From Mobula hypostoma (lineage: Eukaryota), in contig NC_086118.1 in the NCBI RefSeq assembly GCF_963921235.1, positions 52,948,001-53,012,000 on the forward strand: 64,000 nt of DNA, read 5' to 3'. Of this stretch, positions 53,070 through 64,000 are shown in pieces. A program made the position numbers and the translations under genes. Each line of letters starts with the position of its first letter. Within the stretch, counting starts at the first letter, position 1. The notes beneath the pieces are model-generated. The model saw only the letters and a list, made by a program, of their open reading frames with translations. It searched no databases and was not told the DNA's origin.

Positions 53070-53400
53070 TTGTTCGTCCGGTCGACCATGGACGACGATG
53101 CATCCATGCTGTCTATGTGATACCCACGCCAGGGTTGGACGATATGGAGAGCAAGCTATTGCCCATACAGCAGGCTCCCCCTCTCCACGCACCTGACGGA
53201 ACGGCAGAGACCGATGCAGTTTGGCACCAGCGGCATCGCAGGAATTGCCAGTCGGCGTTGAAGCCGGCGCTTAGGGACTCTAGCTCCGGACTTTACTCCC
53301 AAAGCCTTCCTCATGAGTGGGTACAGCCGCAAAGCAGCTAAGTTTGAGATCAGACTTTTCTTTCTCCCAGATGAGCTGCCAACCCCGGCTGACGAGCCTC
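53070..53400 (-). mobile_element. RTE-related short element; a related element spans ~31050-31600
   Basis: CCCCCTCTCCAC...TTTGGCACCAG...GGGACTCTAGCTCCGGA motifs, shared with the RTE-type SINE tails. Confidence 0.6.
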
Positions 53401-53948
53401 GGAACATATTCCCATTACTACCCCGGCTATAACCACTTTAAGGAACCATAGCTTAGCATTAAAACAATACATTATTATTGGCATTCATTGTTATGCACTG
53501 CAGGTATTTTGTTATTCATCATTGCGATGAGGTGAGTAGGAAAGGGATTACTGTTTACTCCCGATGCAAAATAAACAGGGTTAACACGTTTAGTAAGTAA
53601 AATTGTGTGATATATAACATTCTAAACTAACGTTACATTGAGAAAACGAGAGAAATCAAACGTGTAATGGTCTAGAGCAGTTGTATTGTGATGACATTCC
53701 ATGTGCCGTCTGCCGAATGTAACGAAACTTCTAAAATCATTTATTTCCGCAATAAATTCTGCGGCCTCAATAAAACTGTTCAAATCATCTTGAAAACTTT
53801 TAATTTTGCCTTATTGCTGACTTTTGGACCATTTCAGAGTAATTATTAAAATATTACCTCAGTGGATGACTTCTAAAGTGGAAAGTAATGACATTTGATC
53901 TTGGTCCGGGCTGCAGCGCTGTCCCTTATTAGCATAGCACGGAATGGG

Positions 53949-53983
53949 TATAAAACGGTAGGGCTCGCCTCTCCTCTTCAGTC
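53949..53983 (+). promoter_or_regulatory. TATA box + initiator of C17orf58
   Basis: TATAAAA at 53949-55 and the Inr TCAGTC with its A at 53980 (31 nt downstream), 29 nt before the ATG at 54009. Confidence 0.7.
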
Positions 53984-54008
53984 ACTGTGTTCCCGCCTCA
54001 GCTCCGAC

Positions 54009-54081
54009 ATGAACGGGTTGTTACTAATTCAGGTCTTCTCGCTCGTGATATTTTTAAAAATTATCAATGCCAAAAATAAAG
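54009..54081 (+). CDS. C17orf58: C17orf58 homolog exon 1 (signal peptide)
   Basis: Encodes MNGLLLIQVFSLVIFLKIINAKNK, a hydrophobic leader. The phase-1 donor G|GTGAGC matches the phase of exon 2. Confidence 0.75.
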
Positions 54082-55959
54082 GTGAGCGGTTTTGTTTCAT
54101 ATCCAACTCCAAGCAAAACGTTCAATGTCTTTTGATGTCTGGTGGGAAAGGTAAAGGCTGCGTTGTATTTGAAAAAAAAACACACAATCTCTGATAGAAT
54201 TTGAACAAAATCCTAAAATATTTTGGATTTCTTTGCTTTGGGAAAGACAGCTCAGTGTTTTCGTAACAATCTGTAGGCGTGTTGCATGCTAAAACGAGAG
54301 CGAGAGAGAGAGAGAATGAATATGAAACTGGTAAACCAAAAAAAGTTTGGAAGGTATGATGAGCGTGATAGTGCAAAGTTTTTTTAGATGCGTTCCAGCA
54401 AAATGTGATCCGGCACTTTGACAAAGATACGTTATGTGGATTTTTAATGATTATTATAAACACATAAATCTTAGGAACAGAATCCGGCCATTTAGCCCAT
54501 CGAGTCTGCTCCGCTATTCTATCTCGGTTGATTTATTATCCCCTCAGCCCCATTCTCCTGCCCTCCCCTCCTGCCGTGGTTAGGATGGAGATGAATTTGA
54601 TCATTGGACACACTTTAACGAGATGCTGGAATCTTTTCAAAAGTGTGAACTTGGCTAGTATGTCGCTTGGTCAAGCAGATTTGCGAGTGTCTCGGGGTCC
54701 TTGAATAGTCGGCATCGCTGATTATCTCAATTATTACAGTTAGACTTAAAAGGGTGAGCGGGCCGGGGAGAAACAATTGGGATTCCTGGTAATGTTTGGT
54801 ACCCGCTGATCGGCAGGAGGTCTAATTGTGAGGAACAACAAATCAGCCAGTTGCTCTCACCGTGAGGAATAGGGCTTTGATCGAAGACAAAACCTCAATC
54901 CTGCTGACCAGCGCGACTCTGTTTGAAGAACTGGGAATCATCATTTGCTTCATTGTAGCCTTTGACTGTCAGAATCAGAATTTAAAAGTTAAAACTAACC
55001 CGGCCAACTAGAGAGCAAACCTCGGGGGGGGGGGGGAGGGTTGAATTTAAATATGAAATAAAAAAATCTCTTGAAACTTTGGGGCTGTTGTGAAAAGTCA
55101 CCAGTTACAGTAAAGATCTGCTTTATTTGACACGTACATCGAAACAGTGAAATTCTCCGGTCTAATACCTTAAACTAGTGAAAATGTGATTGCAGTCGGC
55201 GGCGGAGAGTTGGTGAAGTCCACAATTCCCAGAGTTACAATTGCTTCCACTGGCCAGATATTTTATAAAGAGGTAAGCGTAAGTCCTATATGGACAACTT
55301 TAAACACAAAATCGAATGAGTTACGACCAGACTAGCGGCCGTAGAAGTCACTTCCAAAAATGAATTGATTAATTACCCGGAAACGAAAATAATGGCAGAA
55401 AAACAACAGAGCGAGTGGTCCACTCACAAACAAGAGAAAATCTGCAGATGCTGGAAATCGGAGCAACCCACACAAAATGCTGGAGGAATTCAGCGGGCCA
55501 GGCAGCATCGATGGAGAAGAGTTCACCGGCTGTATTGTTTCCATGGATGCTGCCTCACCTAACGAATCCCCCCGGCAGTTTGTGTGTGCTGCGGAGAGCG
55601 AGTCAGAGAGATCATGAACTTCCCCAAAGATTAACTTGCAGGTTGAGTCGGAGGTAGGGAAGGAGAATGCAGAATTATTTCAAGAGGACTAAAATATAAA
55701 AGCACCCGGGGTGTTGTGAACAGTTTTGGGCTCCATATCGAAGAAAGGATGTGCTGGCATTGGTGAAGGTGAGATTCGCAGGGTCGCTCAGGGAAATGAC
55801 GGAGTTAACGATGAGACATTCTGGGCCTGTATTCACTGGAGTTTAGAAGAATGAGAGGAGGGGGTCTCATAGAAAACTACCACAAAAGGTGTGTTGTGAA
55901 TGTTCTAATGACGCCGGAGATGGAAGTATCTCAGACCCTGGTGGTTCCTCTTTCTGTAG

Positions 55960-56628
55960 ATCTCTCACCACCCGTTGGAAAGCTGATGGAGAGTGGAGCT
56001 CTCTCCAAGGCGATCTCCAGGACGCCCCACCCCTCCGTGAACCTGACACAACTGTTGCACAGAAGCCGTGGCAACCCCGACTCCAATCGGCCGGCCACCG
56101 CAGCCTTGATGGGAAGAGTGGCGGATATTTCCCAACCGGCCACGGCGCCGGGTGGAAGCTCCCACGGGCGGCTTCGGCTCACGGTTCCGCGAGTCGTGAT
56201 AGCAGCGAACGGGAACTCGGAGAGGCAGACAAGCCGGGTAATGGTAGGCGGATATCCCGAGAAGCGAGAAGGGTGGTCACCCAGCGACTTCCAAGGTCTC
56301 CTATCTTCATTCTATCACGATAAATCCAAACTGAACAGGTCGCCAGCCTACCACAGCCTCTTGTCCAAGAGTCAGCAGCCCAATTCCTCAGTGTACCGGT
56401 TTCACAGCTACGGAGGTTCCCAACTCTACCGACAATTCACGGACACGCACAGTGGAACGAGAGAGGGCGAAGCATCTCCAAGTTCCGGCCAGGACGCCGA
56501 GGAGAACCGGCCTAGGAAGTCCACACGCCACCGAACCAGGGACACGTTAATGAACAGCATTAACTCCCCCTCGGAAAGCAGCCGCCGCGCTTCGAGTTTG
56601 CTCTACCATTTTAACCTACTCCGAGAAG
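55960..56628 (+). CDS. C17orf58: C17orf58 homolog exon 2 (Ser/Pro/Arg-rich region)
   Basis: 669-nt open exon inside ORF 55851-56648. Acceptor tttctgtag, donor G|GTGAGT, phase 1 at both ends. Confidence 0.8.
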
Positions 56629-58321
56629 GTGAGTACTGTACCGGCTAACAGATTCTTCTCCTCTCTGTAAGTCTCTCCTCGCCGCTGTCAACGCGGAGGT
56701 GATCGGGAGCCGCCGCTAACTGTGGTTCCCTCCGCCCCGCGGGGAGCTGCTTTGAGCCTCACCGAAATCCAGGTCTTCCCGGTCTAGACACACGGGTCTC
56801 CAGATGCTCGTTGAAGGGAGAACCAACCCAGGTATCCTGTTCAGTACCTCGCACAGTACAGCACCTTCGGCCCACGATGCTGTGCCGAGCTTTTAACCCA
56901 CTCTAATGTCAATCTAACCCCCCCGCCCTCCTGCTCGACCCTCCGTAGTGCAGGGGGTGCGGAGAAGTTTCTTTACACAGAGGGTGATGATTTATGGAAC
57001 GAACTGCCAGAGGAGGGTAAAGGTGGGTACAATCTCATCGTTGAAGGGTATCTGGATGGACACAGGGATGTGAAAGGTTTAGAGGGAGGAGGGCCAACAG
57101 TGGAGTTAGCTGAGGTGGGCATGGATGAGTTGGGCCGAAGGGTCTGTGTCGTGCTGTGAAACCCTAACTCTGTCCCAGCAGACACGCTGACACTGAGGTG
57201 AGTTCTCGAGTTAATAGTCAGAAGTCGGCACAAACCTGTTGCTCCGGAAGGACAGAATTGAGCAAGTTTCTTTACCCATTTGCCTCCGTCACGCCTGCAT
57301 CAATATTTCATTGTGTCCGAGCTTCATACGAGAAATCTCCATCTCCACCCCCCCCCGATAAAAATCTGTTGCTCAGCATTGAACCCAAACCCCAATGGTA
57401 CCTGGTTCCATCCGGCCAACGTCCTCTCCCCCATCTGGTTCCATCTATCACCCACTGTCCCCTTGCACTGCTACGCACGCACTGTCCATCTTTCCTCTTC
57501 CCTCTAAGAAGATACAGGGTCTCCAAATATGGACACACCTTCCGCCTCCAGGGATGCTGCTCGACCCGTTGGATTACCCCAGCATTCCGTTTTTGTTGTA
57601 CATTCCAGACTCTTATTTCTAAAGGAATGGTACTGATCTTTCATGAAAGCTTTCTCACTCTTTGCCACCATTGATGAAGTCCAGGATCCGAATGTTTTAT
57701 CAACCAGTCTTGTCTTTTTTTTTAAAACCTTCAAAAATTACAAGTCTTTCTCTTCCCATCATCCCAACCTCCATCTCATTGCTACCATCCAAGGAGGTAC
57801 TGGAGTCTGAAGACACACTCTTCCCCTCCAGCATCAGATTTCTGAATGGGCAATGAACCCATGGACACTAGATTTTGCTCTCTTTTAGCACAATTTACTT
57901 AATTACACACAGTACCCACACACTGTACATATATGTCTCATATGGTCGTTTATTTCTTATTGAAATTTGTAGTTTTATTATTATCTATTGCATTGTACTG
58001 CTGCTGCAGAACAACAACCTGATTCTGATTCTCTGGCAGAGTATATCACTTCACACTTGCCCTGGGTTAATTTTTTTTATTACCATTTGCAACGACGTCC
58101 TCTTGCAGACCCAGTTCCCTTGTAATGCCAGGTGAACATCAAAGCAAGGAAAGGGACAATATTGAATTCCCCTTCTGGCAGCCTGAGGCTTGAAGTGGCT
58201 TCTGTGCTCCAGGGATTCCCCCACCGACTTCCATTCAAAGTTCAACAGGGATGAGAAGGGAGAATTGTTTGTAAGGACAGAGTCCAGGGCCCAACATGTG
58301 TATGATCCGTGGACATTTTAA

Positions 58322-58845
58322 ACTCAGTGGCCACTTTCTTAGGTACACTTGCTTAGTAATACAAATATCTCATCAGCCAATCATGTGGCAGCAACTCAAT
58401 GCATAAAAGCATGCTGACGTGGTCAAGAGGTTCAGTTGTTGTTCAGACCAAACATCAGAAAGGGGATGAAATGTGATTGACAGTGAAATGATTGTTGGTG
58501 CCAGACGGGGTGGCTTGAGTATTTCAGAAGCTGCTGAACTCCTGAGATTTTTACCCACAGTATCCAGAGGATACAGAGAATGGCACAAAAAAAAACACCA
58601 AATCATCCAGTGAGTGGCAGTTCTGTGGACGAAAATATCTTAATGAGAGAGGTCGGAGAGAAAGGCCAGTCTGGTTCAAGCTGATAGGAAGGTGACAATA
58701 ATTCAGACAAGCACACGTTACACAGTGGTGTGCAGAAGAGCATCTCTGAACCCACAACACATCGAACATTGAAGTGGATGGGCGACAGCAGAAGACGACC
58801 TTGCAGGGTTGCACTCCTGTAGCTAATAAAGTGGTCACTGAGAGT
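58322..58845 (+). mobile_element. Tc1-like non-autonomous element
   Basis: TIRs CTCAGTGGCCACTTT...AAAGTGGTCACTGAG. Confidence 0.8.
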
Positions 58846-60275
58846 GTTTGCAAATTGCTGGAGGAATGACAAAGACTCGTGCAACACAGATACAGGCCTA
58901 TCACCCCAACTGGTCCATGGCAACCAAGATTCCCATCGAAGCTGGTAGGTCCCTTTTGGCAGCATGGGGCCCGATAGGTTCACACCTAATTGATCGATCT
59001 AAGGCTTTTCTCTTTGAAGTGAAGGGGGATGAGGTGTGACTTGATAGATCGGATAATCGAGCGGTAAAGCATAAACAGGAGAAAGAAAGGCAGGTGCTGG
59101 GAATCCAAAGCAACACACACAAAATGCTGGAGGACTTCAGCAGGTCAGCATCTATGGAAAAGAGTAAACAGACGACGTTTCAGGCATAGATGCTGCCTGA
59201 CCCGGTGAGTTCCTCTAGCATTTTGTGTGCGTTGTTCCAGATCGAGTGGACAGCCAGAGACATTTCCCTCCTGTGGAAATAGTTAATAAGAGGGGGGCAC
59301 AACTTTAAGGTGATTGGAGTAAAGTATAGGTGGGGGGCGGGGGTGTTAGAGGTAGGCTTTTTAAAAAAAAAGTGGTGGGCGCATGGAACTCCCTTCCAGG
59401 GGTGGCGATAGTGACAGATACACTAGGGACATTTAAGAAAATTTTAGATAGGCACATAAAGGGTTATGTAGCAGGAAAGTGTTAAATTGATCTTAGAGTA
59501 GGTTAAAAGATCGTGGGTCGATAGGCTTGTACGGTACTGTGCTGTAACGTTCCTATTCTTTAAAATCACTGACGTTTATCGCCGCACCACAGCAAACATC
59601 CTATCCGGATCCATCAGGGCTGGGTACGGCCACTACTCTGTCCGTGACCGCAAGAAACTACAAACTTCAGTAAGGTAGTCAGCATCATCAAAGACCCCAC
59701 CTATCCAGGGCAGAAAATACAAAAGCCTGGAAAGCCCATACCACCGCGCTCAAGGACAGCTGATACTTTGCTGGTGCCTCCAGAGATGCCTATTGTAACC
59801 TCCCCTCCCTTGGTTTCACCAGCAACCCCCCCCCCCCCACCCCACCCCCAGGAGTACCTTGCTCGATGTTTCCCCGTACGTCTAATCCTCTGCTGCCGAG
59901 GCAGTGACCTATGCCGCCTCCCCGGCTGGAAAGGGTCAGAGAGAATCAAAGTACTACATTAATTACACAGTCTGTAAGTTCATGCCTGACGCCAAGCTCG
60001 GTTGGCGCCCCCACCTGGCCACAGGTGGGAGTTGAATTCAGGCCTCACCTGGCCAGTGGCCACACTGAGGAACGAACCCATATCAGAGTTAAACTCAAGT
60101 ATCAATGTGGTCACTACTGTACGTTTACCGCACACTGTCTAGGGGGTTATGTCGGCTAACTTTTATCTTCACTCTCGGAAAGGATGGAACTGTTTGTTTT
60201 AAATAATCTTCCAAAATCATTTCGTTGAAAAATCTCACCGGTGCCGGCCGTGAACTAACTGGTTGTTTTCCACAG

Positions 60276-60353
60276 ATTACGAGAAGCCGATGTGCTCTGT
60301 TGAATGCAGGAAAGAAAAGAACGAGAGGGAGTTCTACTGTAGCAGTGACTTTG
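60276..60353 (+). CDS. C17orf58: C17orf58 homolog exon 3
   Basis: Encodes DYEKPMCSVECRKEKNEREFYCSSDF. CTAAC branch point, ttttccacag acceptor, phase 1-1. Confidence 0.9.
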
Positions 60354-60389
60354 GTACGAGAAGATGGAGAACTCCATTGTTTTTTCACC

Positions 60390-60870
60390 CCTTGATGTCA
60401 TAAACATCGATTTCTCTGACTCGGGGTCACCCCTCCCCTCCCCTTCTCTCCTTGCTCCATTCCCCATTTTTGCTCCTTTCTACGCCTTTTCTTCTTATCT
60501 GCCTATCATCTCTCTCCCGTTCCCCTCCTCTTTCCCTTATTTCCATGGTCCACTGTCCTCTTCCGTGAGGTCCCCTCTTCAGCCCTTTGGCTTTTCCATT
60601 CATCTCCTCAGCTTCTCACTTCATCCTCTCTCTTTCACCCACCGACCTTCCCACTCACCTGGTCTCACCTTTCACCTGCCGCTTGTACTCTTTCCCCTTT
60701 CCCACCTTCTTCTTACCCCTTCCTTTCCAGTCCCTGCTGAAGCGTCTCAGCCTTAAACCTCGACTGTTTATTCCCCTCCATAAATGCTGCCTGAGCCGCT
60801 GAGTTCCTTCAACATTTGTGTGTGTGTTGCTCAGGATTTCCAGCATTTGCAGAATCTCTTGTGTTTACAT
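60390..60870 (+). mobile_element. Penelope-derived 3' fragment in C17orf58 intron 3
   Basis: Starts at AACATCGATTTCTCT (matching the end of the PLE ORF), then a pyrimidine tract and a decayed hammerhead core. Confidence 0.75.
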
Positions 60871-61512
60871 TAGTTTTTGATTTAAGCCCTCTTTTTGTCC
60901 TTATTCATGAGGATAAACTGTTTCTGTTTCCCCAGTGATCTGGTGCTCATCTCTGAACAGGCGTACCCTAGATTTTTGTTTGATAAAGGGAAATATTTTG
61001 ATTTCTGACACATTTGTTGAAATTTGGTGTAAACTTAGCATTTATTACTTTACTTACAGTATTCAGTACCACTTTGCGAGTCCCAGTAAGGCAGATGGCA
61101 CGCAACTATTAATGTTACAGTGAGAAATCCAGCATCTGCAGAAGCTCCTGTGTTTGGAGTGATAATGATTCATTTCCATAGGTCCACATTCTGGAACGAA
61201 CCTGTCTTTCCAATTTCCCATATTTTTGTCTTAACTTTGCAGCTTCTGTGGTTGCACTCTCCTAGAGGGGGAAATGGTTTATTTTATATTTAATTAGAGA
61301 GATACAGTGGGAACAAGCCCTTTCAGCCCGATGAGCCATAGCACCCAACAACCCAACTGTTTAATTAGCCTAATCACAGTACAATTTACAATAACCAATT
61401 AAGCTACAGGACATCACTGGGCTGCGGGAGGAAACCGGAGTACCTGGAAATTTCTTTTCCAGATAAGAGCTTTTACAGGTTGCAGTTCAGGGTCTGATAT
61501 CCCTGCTGTACA

Positions 61513-62042
61513 CAAGGTGGCGACTTTATGAGGTACACCTGCTTGTTTATGCAAAGTATCTAATCAGCCAATCATGTGGCAGCAACTCAATACATAAAAA
61601 ACATGCACGAGAGGTCAAAAGGTTCATTTGTTGTCCAGACCAAATATTGTATTGGGGAAGAAATGTGTTCTGAGTGACTTTGACCATGGAATAATTGACA
61701 GGGCGGTTTGGGTATCTCAGAAACTGCTGATTTCCTAGGACTTTCATGCACAAGTCTCAAGAGTTTATGGAAAATGGTTCGAAAAACAAAAAGCATCCAG
61801 TGAGCAGCAGTTCTGGGGGTGAAAATGCCTTGTTAATGAGAGAGGTCAGAGGAGAGTGACAGGAAGGCGACAGTAACTCAAATAACCATGCATTGCAACA
61901 GTGGTGTGCAGAAGAGCATCTCTGAATGCACACACAATACATCAAACCTTGAAGTCAATGGGCTACAAACAGCAGAAGACCATGAACATACATGGTCACT
62001 TTACATGGTGCAGGAGGTACCCAATAAAGTGGCCACTGAGTG
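61513..62042 (+). mobile_element. Tc1-like non-autonomous element
   Basis: Same family; right TIR AATAAAGTGGCCACTGAGTG. Confidence 0.8.
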
Positions 62043-62164
62043 TTTTTTTTTAAGGAAACACTGAAGTGATTTTCAATTAGAAGTTATCAGACCTGTAAAT
62101 GGACTGGTACAATACTCACAATTGCTGCTATTTTAATGTGGTAACAGCTTCTGTCTTCCAACAG

Positions 62165-62356
62165 CAATCAATGGTATAGTCCACGATATAGTAATCCTTG
62201 ATAAAAGACTGCAAATGGTGACATTACTGGTGGATAGTGATGGATTCTACCGCATGGGTCGGCTCTACATTACTCCAGACGGATTCTTCTTCAAAGTGCA
62301 CATTCTCGTGGTCGATACATTCAACTGTAAAAGGCTTTGTCCAGACTTAAAGTTTG
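62165..62356 (+). CDS. C17orf58: C17orf58 homolog exon 4 (NTR/TIMP-like domain); last exon lies outside the window
   Basis: Encodes AINGIVHDIVILDKRLQMVTLLVDSDGFYRMGRLYITPDGFFFKVHILVVDTFNCKRLCPDLKF, close to the recalled human sequence [33 protein letters not shown]. Donor G|GTGAGT. Confidence 0.93.
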
Positions 62357-63339
62357 GTGAGTTAAATACCAATGATTCCTGACGAGAAACAGGGTCCTGG
62401 GATGATGCAATGTGTTCCATTACCCAGCTCTTGCCCTGGGTTCAAAGGAACAAGTGTCTTTGTAATGAAAACGAAATTACTATAGACCTAAAATGAATTT
62501 AGGTCATGTCCCTTTATCTCATCAATAACTAGAACTAGAATTACCCTACTTCATGATTCAAATGTATTTATCACACTTACATCACATCATACAGTGAAAT
62601 ATGTCATTTGCCTCAACAACCAACACACCCGCGCCTGTGCTGGGGACAGCCTGCAGTGTTGCCGCATGTTGGCGTCAGCACAACCTGCTCACAGTGCTCG
62701 GCAGTACCAACACAGAACACAACAAACAACAAAACAACAACAGCACAAGAATCCCTGTTCCTCCCTCCCACCTACACAAGCACATACAGTCCTCCAACCC
62801 CAGCACAGGCAGAGTTATGAACTGGCAGCATCGCTTAGACCAAGGAAAAAAATGGAAGAACTAGACACACGAGATACTGAGATACCCTGATAGAAGAACA
62901 TTGAAGGAGCTTTATTTTGAATACACCTGTTTCATATCTGACTTGAAAATATCCAAAGTCCTAAACTGCCTGAAATGGAAAGATTTTCATTCTTCAGTGT
63001 CATCTTTAAACATTCAGAGCCACAGTCAGAATGTAAACACAAGAGATTTTGCAGAAGTTGGAAATCCGGAGCAACACACAAAATGTGAGAGAAACTCAGC
63101 AGATCAGGCAGCATCTGTGGAAGGGAATAAAGAGTCAACGTTTCGGGCCAACTCCTGATGAACTTCTCAGCCCAAAATGTTAACTATTATATTTCATTTC
63201 TTTGATGCTACCTGACTTGTTGAGTTCCTATGACATTTTGTGCACAATGTACTGTCAGAGTTTGCTTTTCCGAGGCACCATCTTGGATCAGGCACTTGGC
63301 AATTGTCGTTCACAAGCAAACCTGCTGAAGAAAACATGG

Positions 63340-63845
63340 AAAGGTATTGCAGTTTTGGTCACCTACCAACACAAAATATATCAGTAAGACTGAAAGAGTA
63401 CAGAGAAAATTTGCAAGGACGTGGCCGGGATTTGAGGACTTGAGTTACAGTGAAAGGTTGAATAGGAGCGTAGGAGAAGGATGGGAGATTTGATGGAGGC
63501 ATACACAATTATGACGGATATAGATGGGGTAAATGCAAGCAGGCTTTTTCACTGAGGTTGGGTGAAACTAGAACTAGAGGTCATAAGTTAAGGGTAAAAT
63601 ATTTAAGGCCAACCTGAGGGGGAGCTTCTTCAGTCAGAGAGGGATGTGAGTGTGGAACAATTTGCCAGCAGAAGTGTTGGATGTGGTATTGATTGCAGCA
63701 TTTAAGAAAAGTTTGGATAAGTTTGGATGGAAGGGGTATAGAGAGGGCTATGGTCCAGGTGCATGTCGATGGGACTAGGCAGAACAACAGAATGACAGAC
63801 TAGATGGGCCGAAGGACCTGTTTCTATGCTCGTGCTCTATGATTC
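63340..63845 (+). mobile_element. CR1 3' fragment
   Basis: Resembles 34400-34915. Confidence 0.8.
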
Positions 63846-64000
63846 AAATGCCCAGAAAATGTTGTACATGTGCAGCCATTCAACACAACATCTTTCGAGA
63901 GAAAGAGAGATGTAGGCAATGTTTCAGGGTAACGACCCTTCATCAGGGCTGATATCAAGTGTGTTTAGAGTCAGAGTCACACAGCAGGGGAACACTGGAG

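Noticed and set aside
55150-55278. Coding exon ending at the donor GAG|GTAAGC (55272)
   Set aside because: There is a TAA stop in the frame required to join exon 2. At most it is a non-coding alternative exon.
55851-55959. N-terminus of the 265-aa ORF as the C17orf58 start
   Set aside because: It begins in a CR1 remnant (AGAAGAATGAGAGG...CTCATAGAAAC). A splice acceptor at 55959 and an upstream signal-peptide exon explain the gene better.

Overview
Vertebrate genomic DNA, most likely from a cartilaginous fish (ray/shark-type repeat landscape; inference). It carries the conserved SMURF2 - KPNA2 - tRNA-Arg(CCG) - C17orf58 gene block. SMURF2 exon 1 lies at 5061-5112 (-). KPNA2 has its promoter and first four coding exons at 35629-41273 (-); its later exons were not found and probably lie in the 200-N gap at 35335-35534. 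A single tRNA-Arg(CCG) sits at 52618-52690 (+). The first four exons of a long, signal-peptide-bearing C17orf58 (NTR-type domain) form lie at 54009-62356 (+). The rest is mostly transposable elements: CR1, Rex1-like, RTE, HERO-type and L1-like LINEs, V-SINEs and tRNA/RTE-tail SINEs, hAT, Tc1 and Tigger DNA transposons, and a solo LTR with TSD. The most striking pattern is a Penelope-like (RT + GIY-YIG) element and roughly 20 short derivatives of its terminal repeat. They carry intact or decayed minimal hammerhead ribozyme motifs (CUGAnGA...GAAAC-GUC), and many are arranged as fold-back inverted pairs, one of them nested inside another. Repeat coordinates are by-eye estimates unless a TSD or TIR is quoted. 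Gene identities rest on recalled protein sequences, not on database searches.
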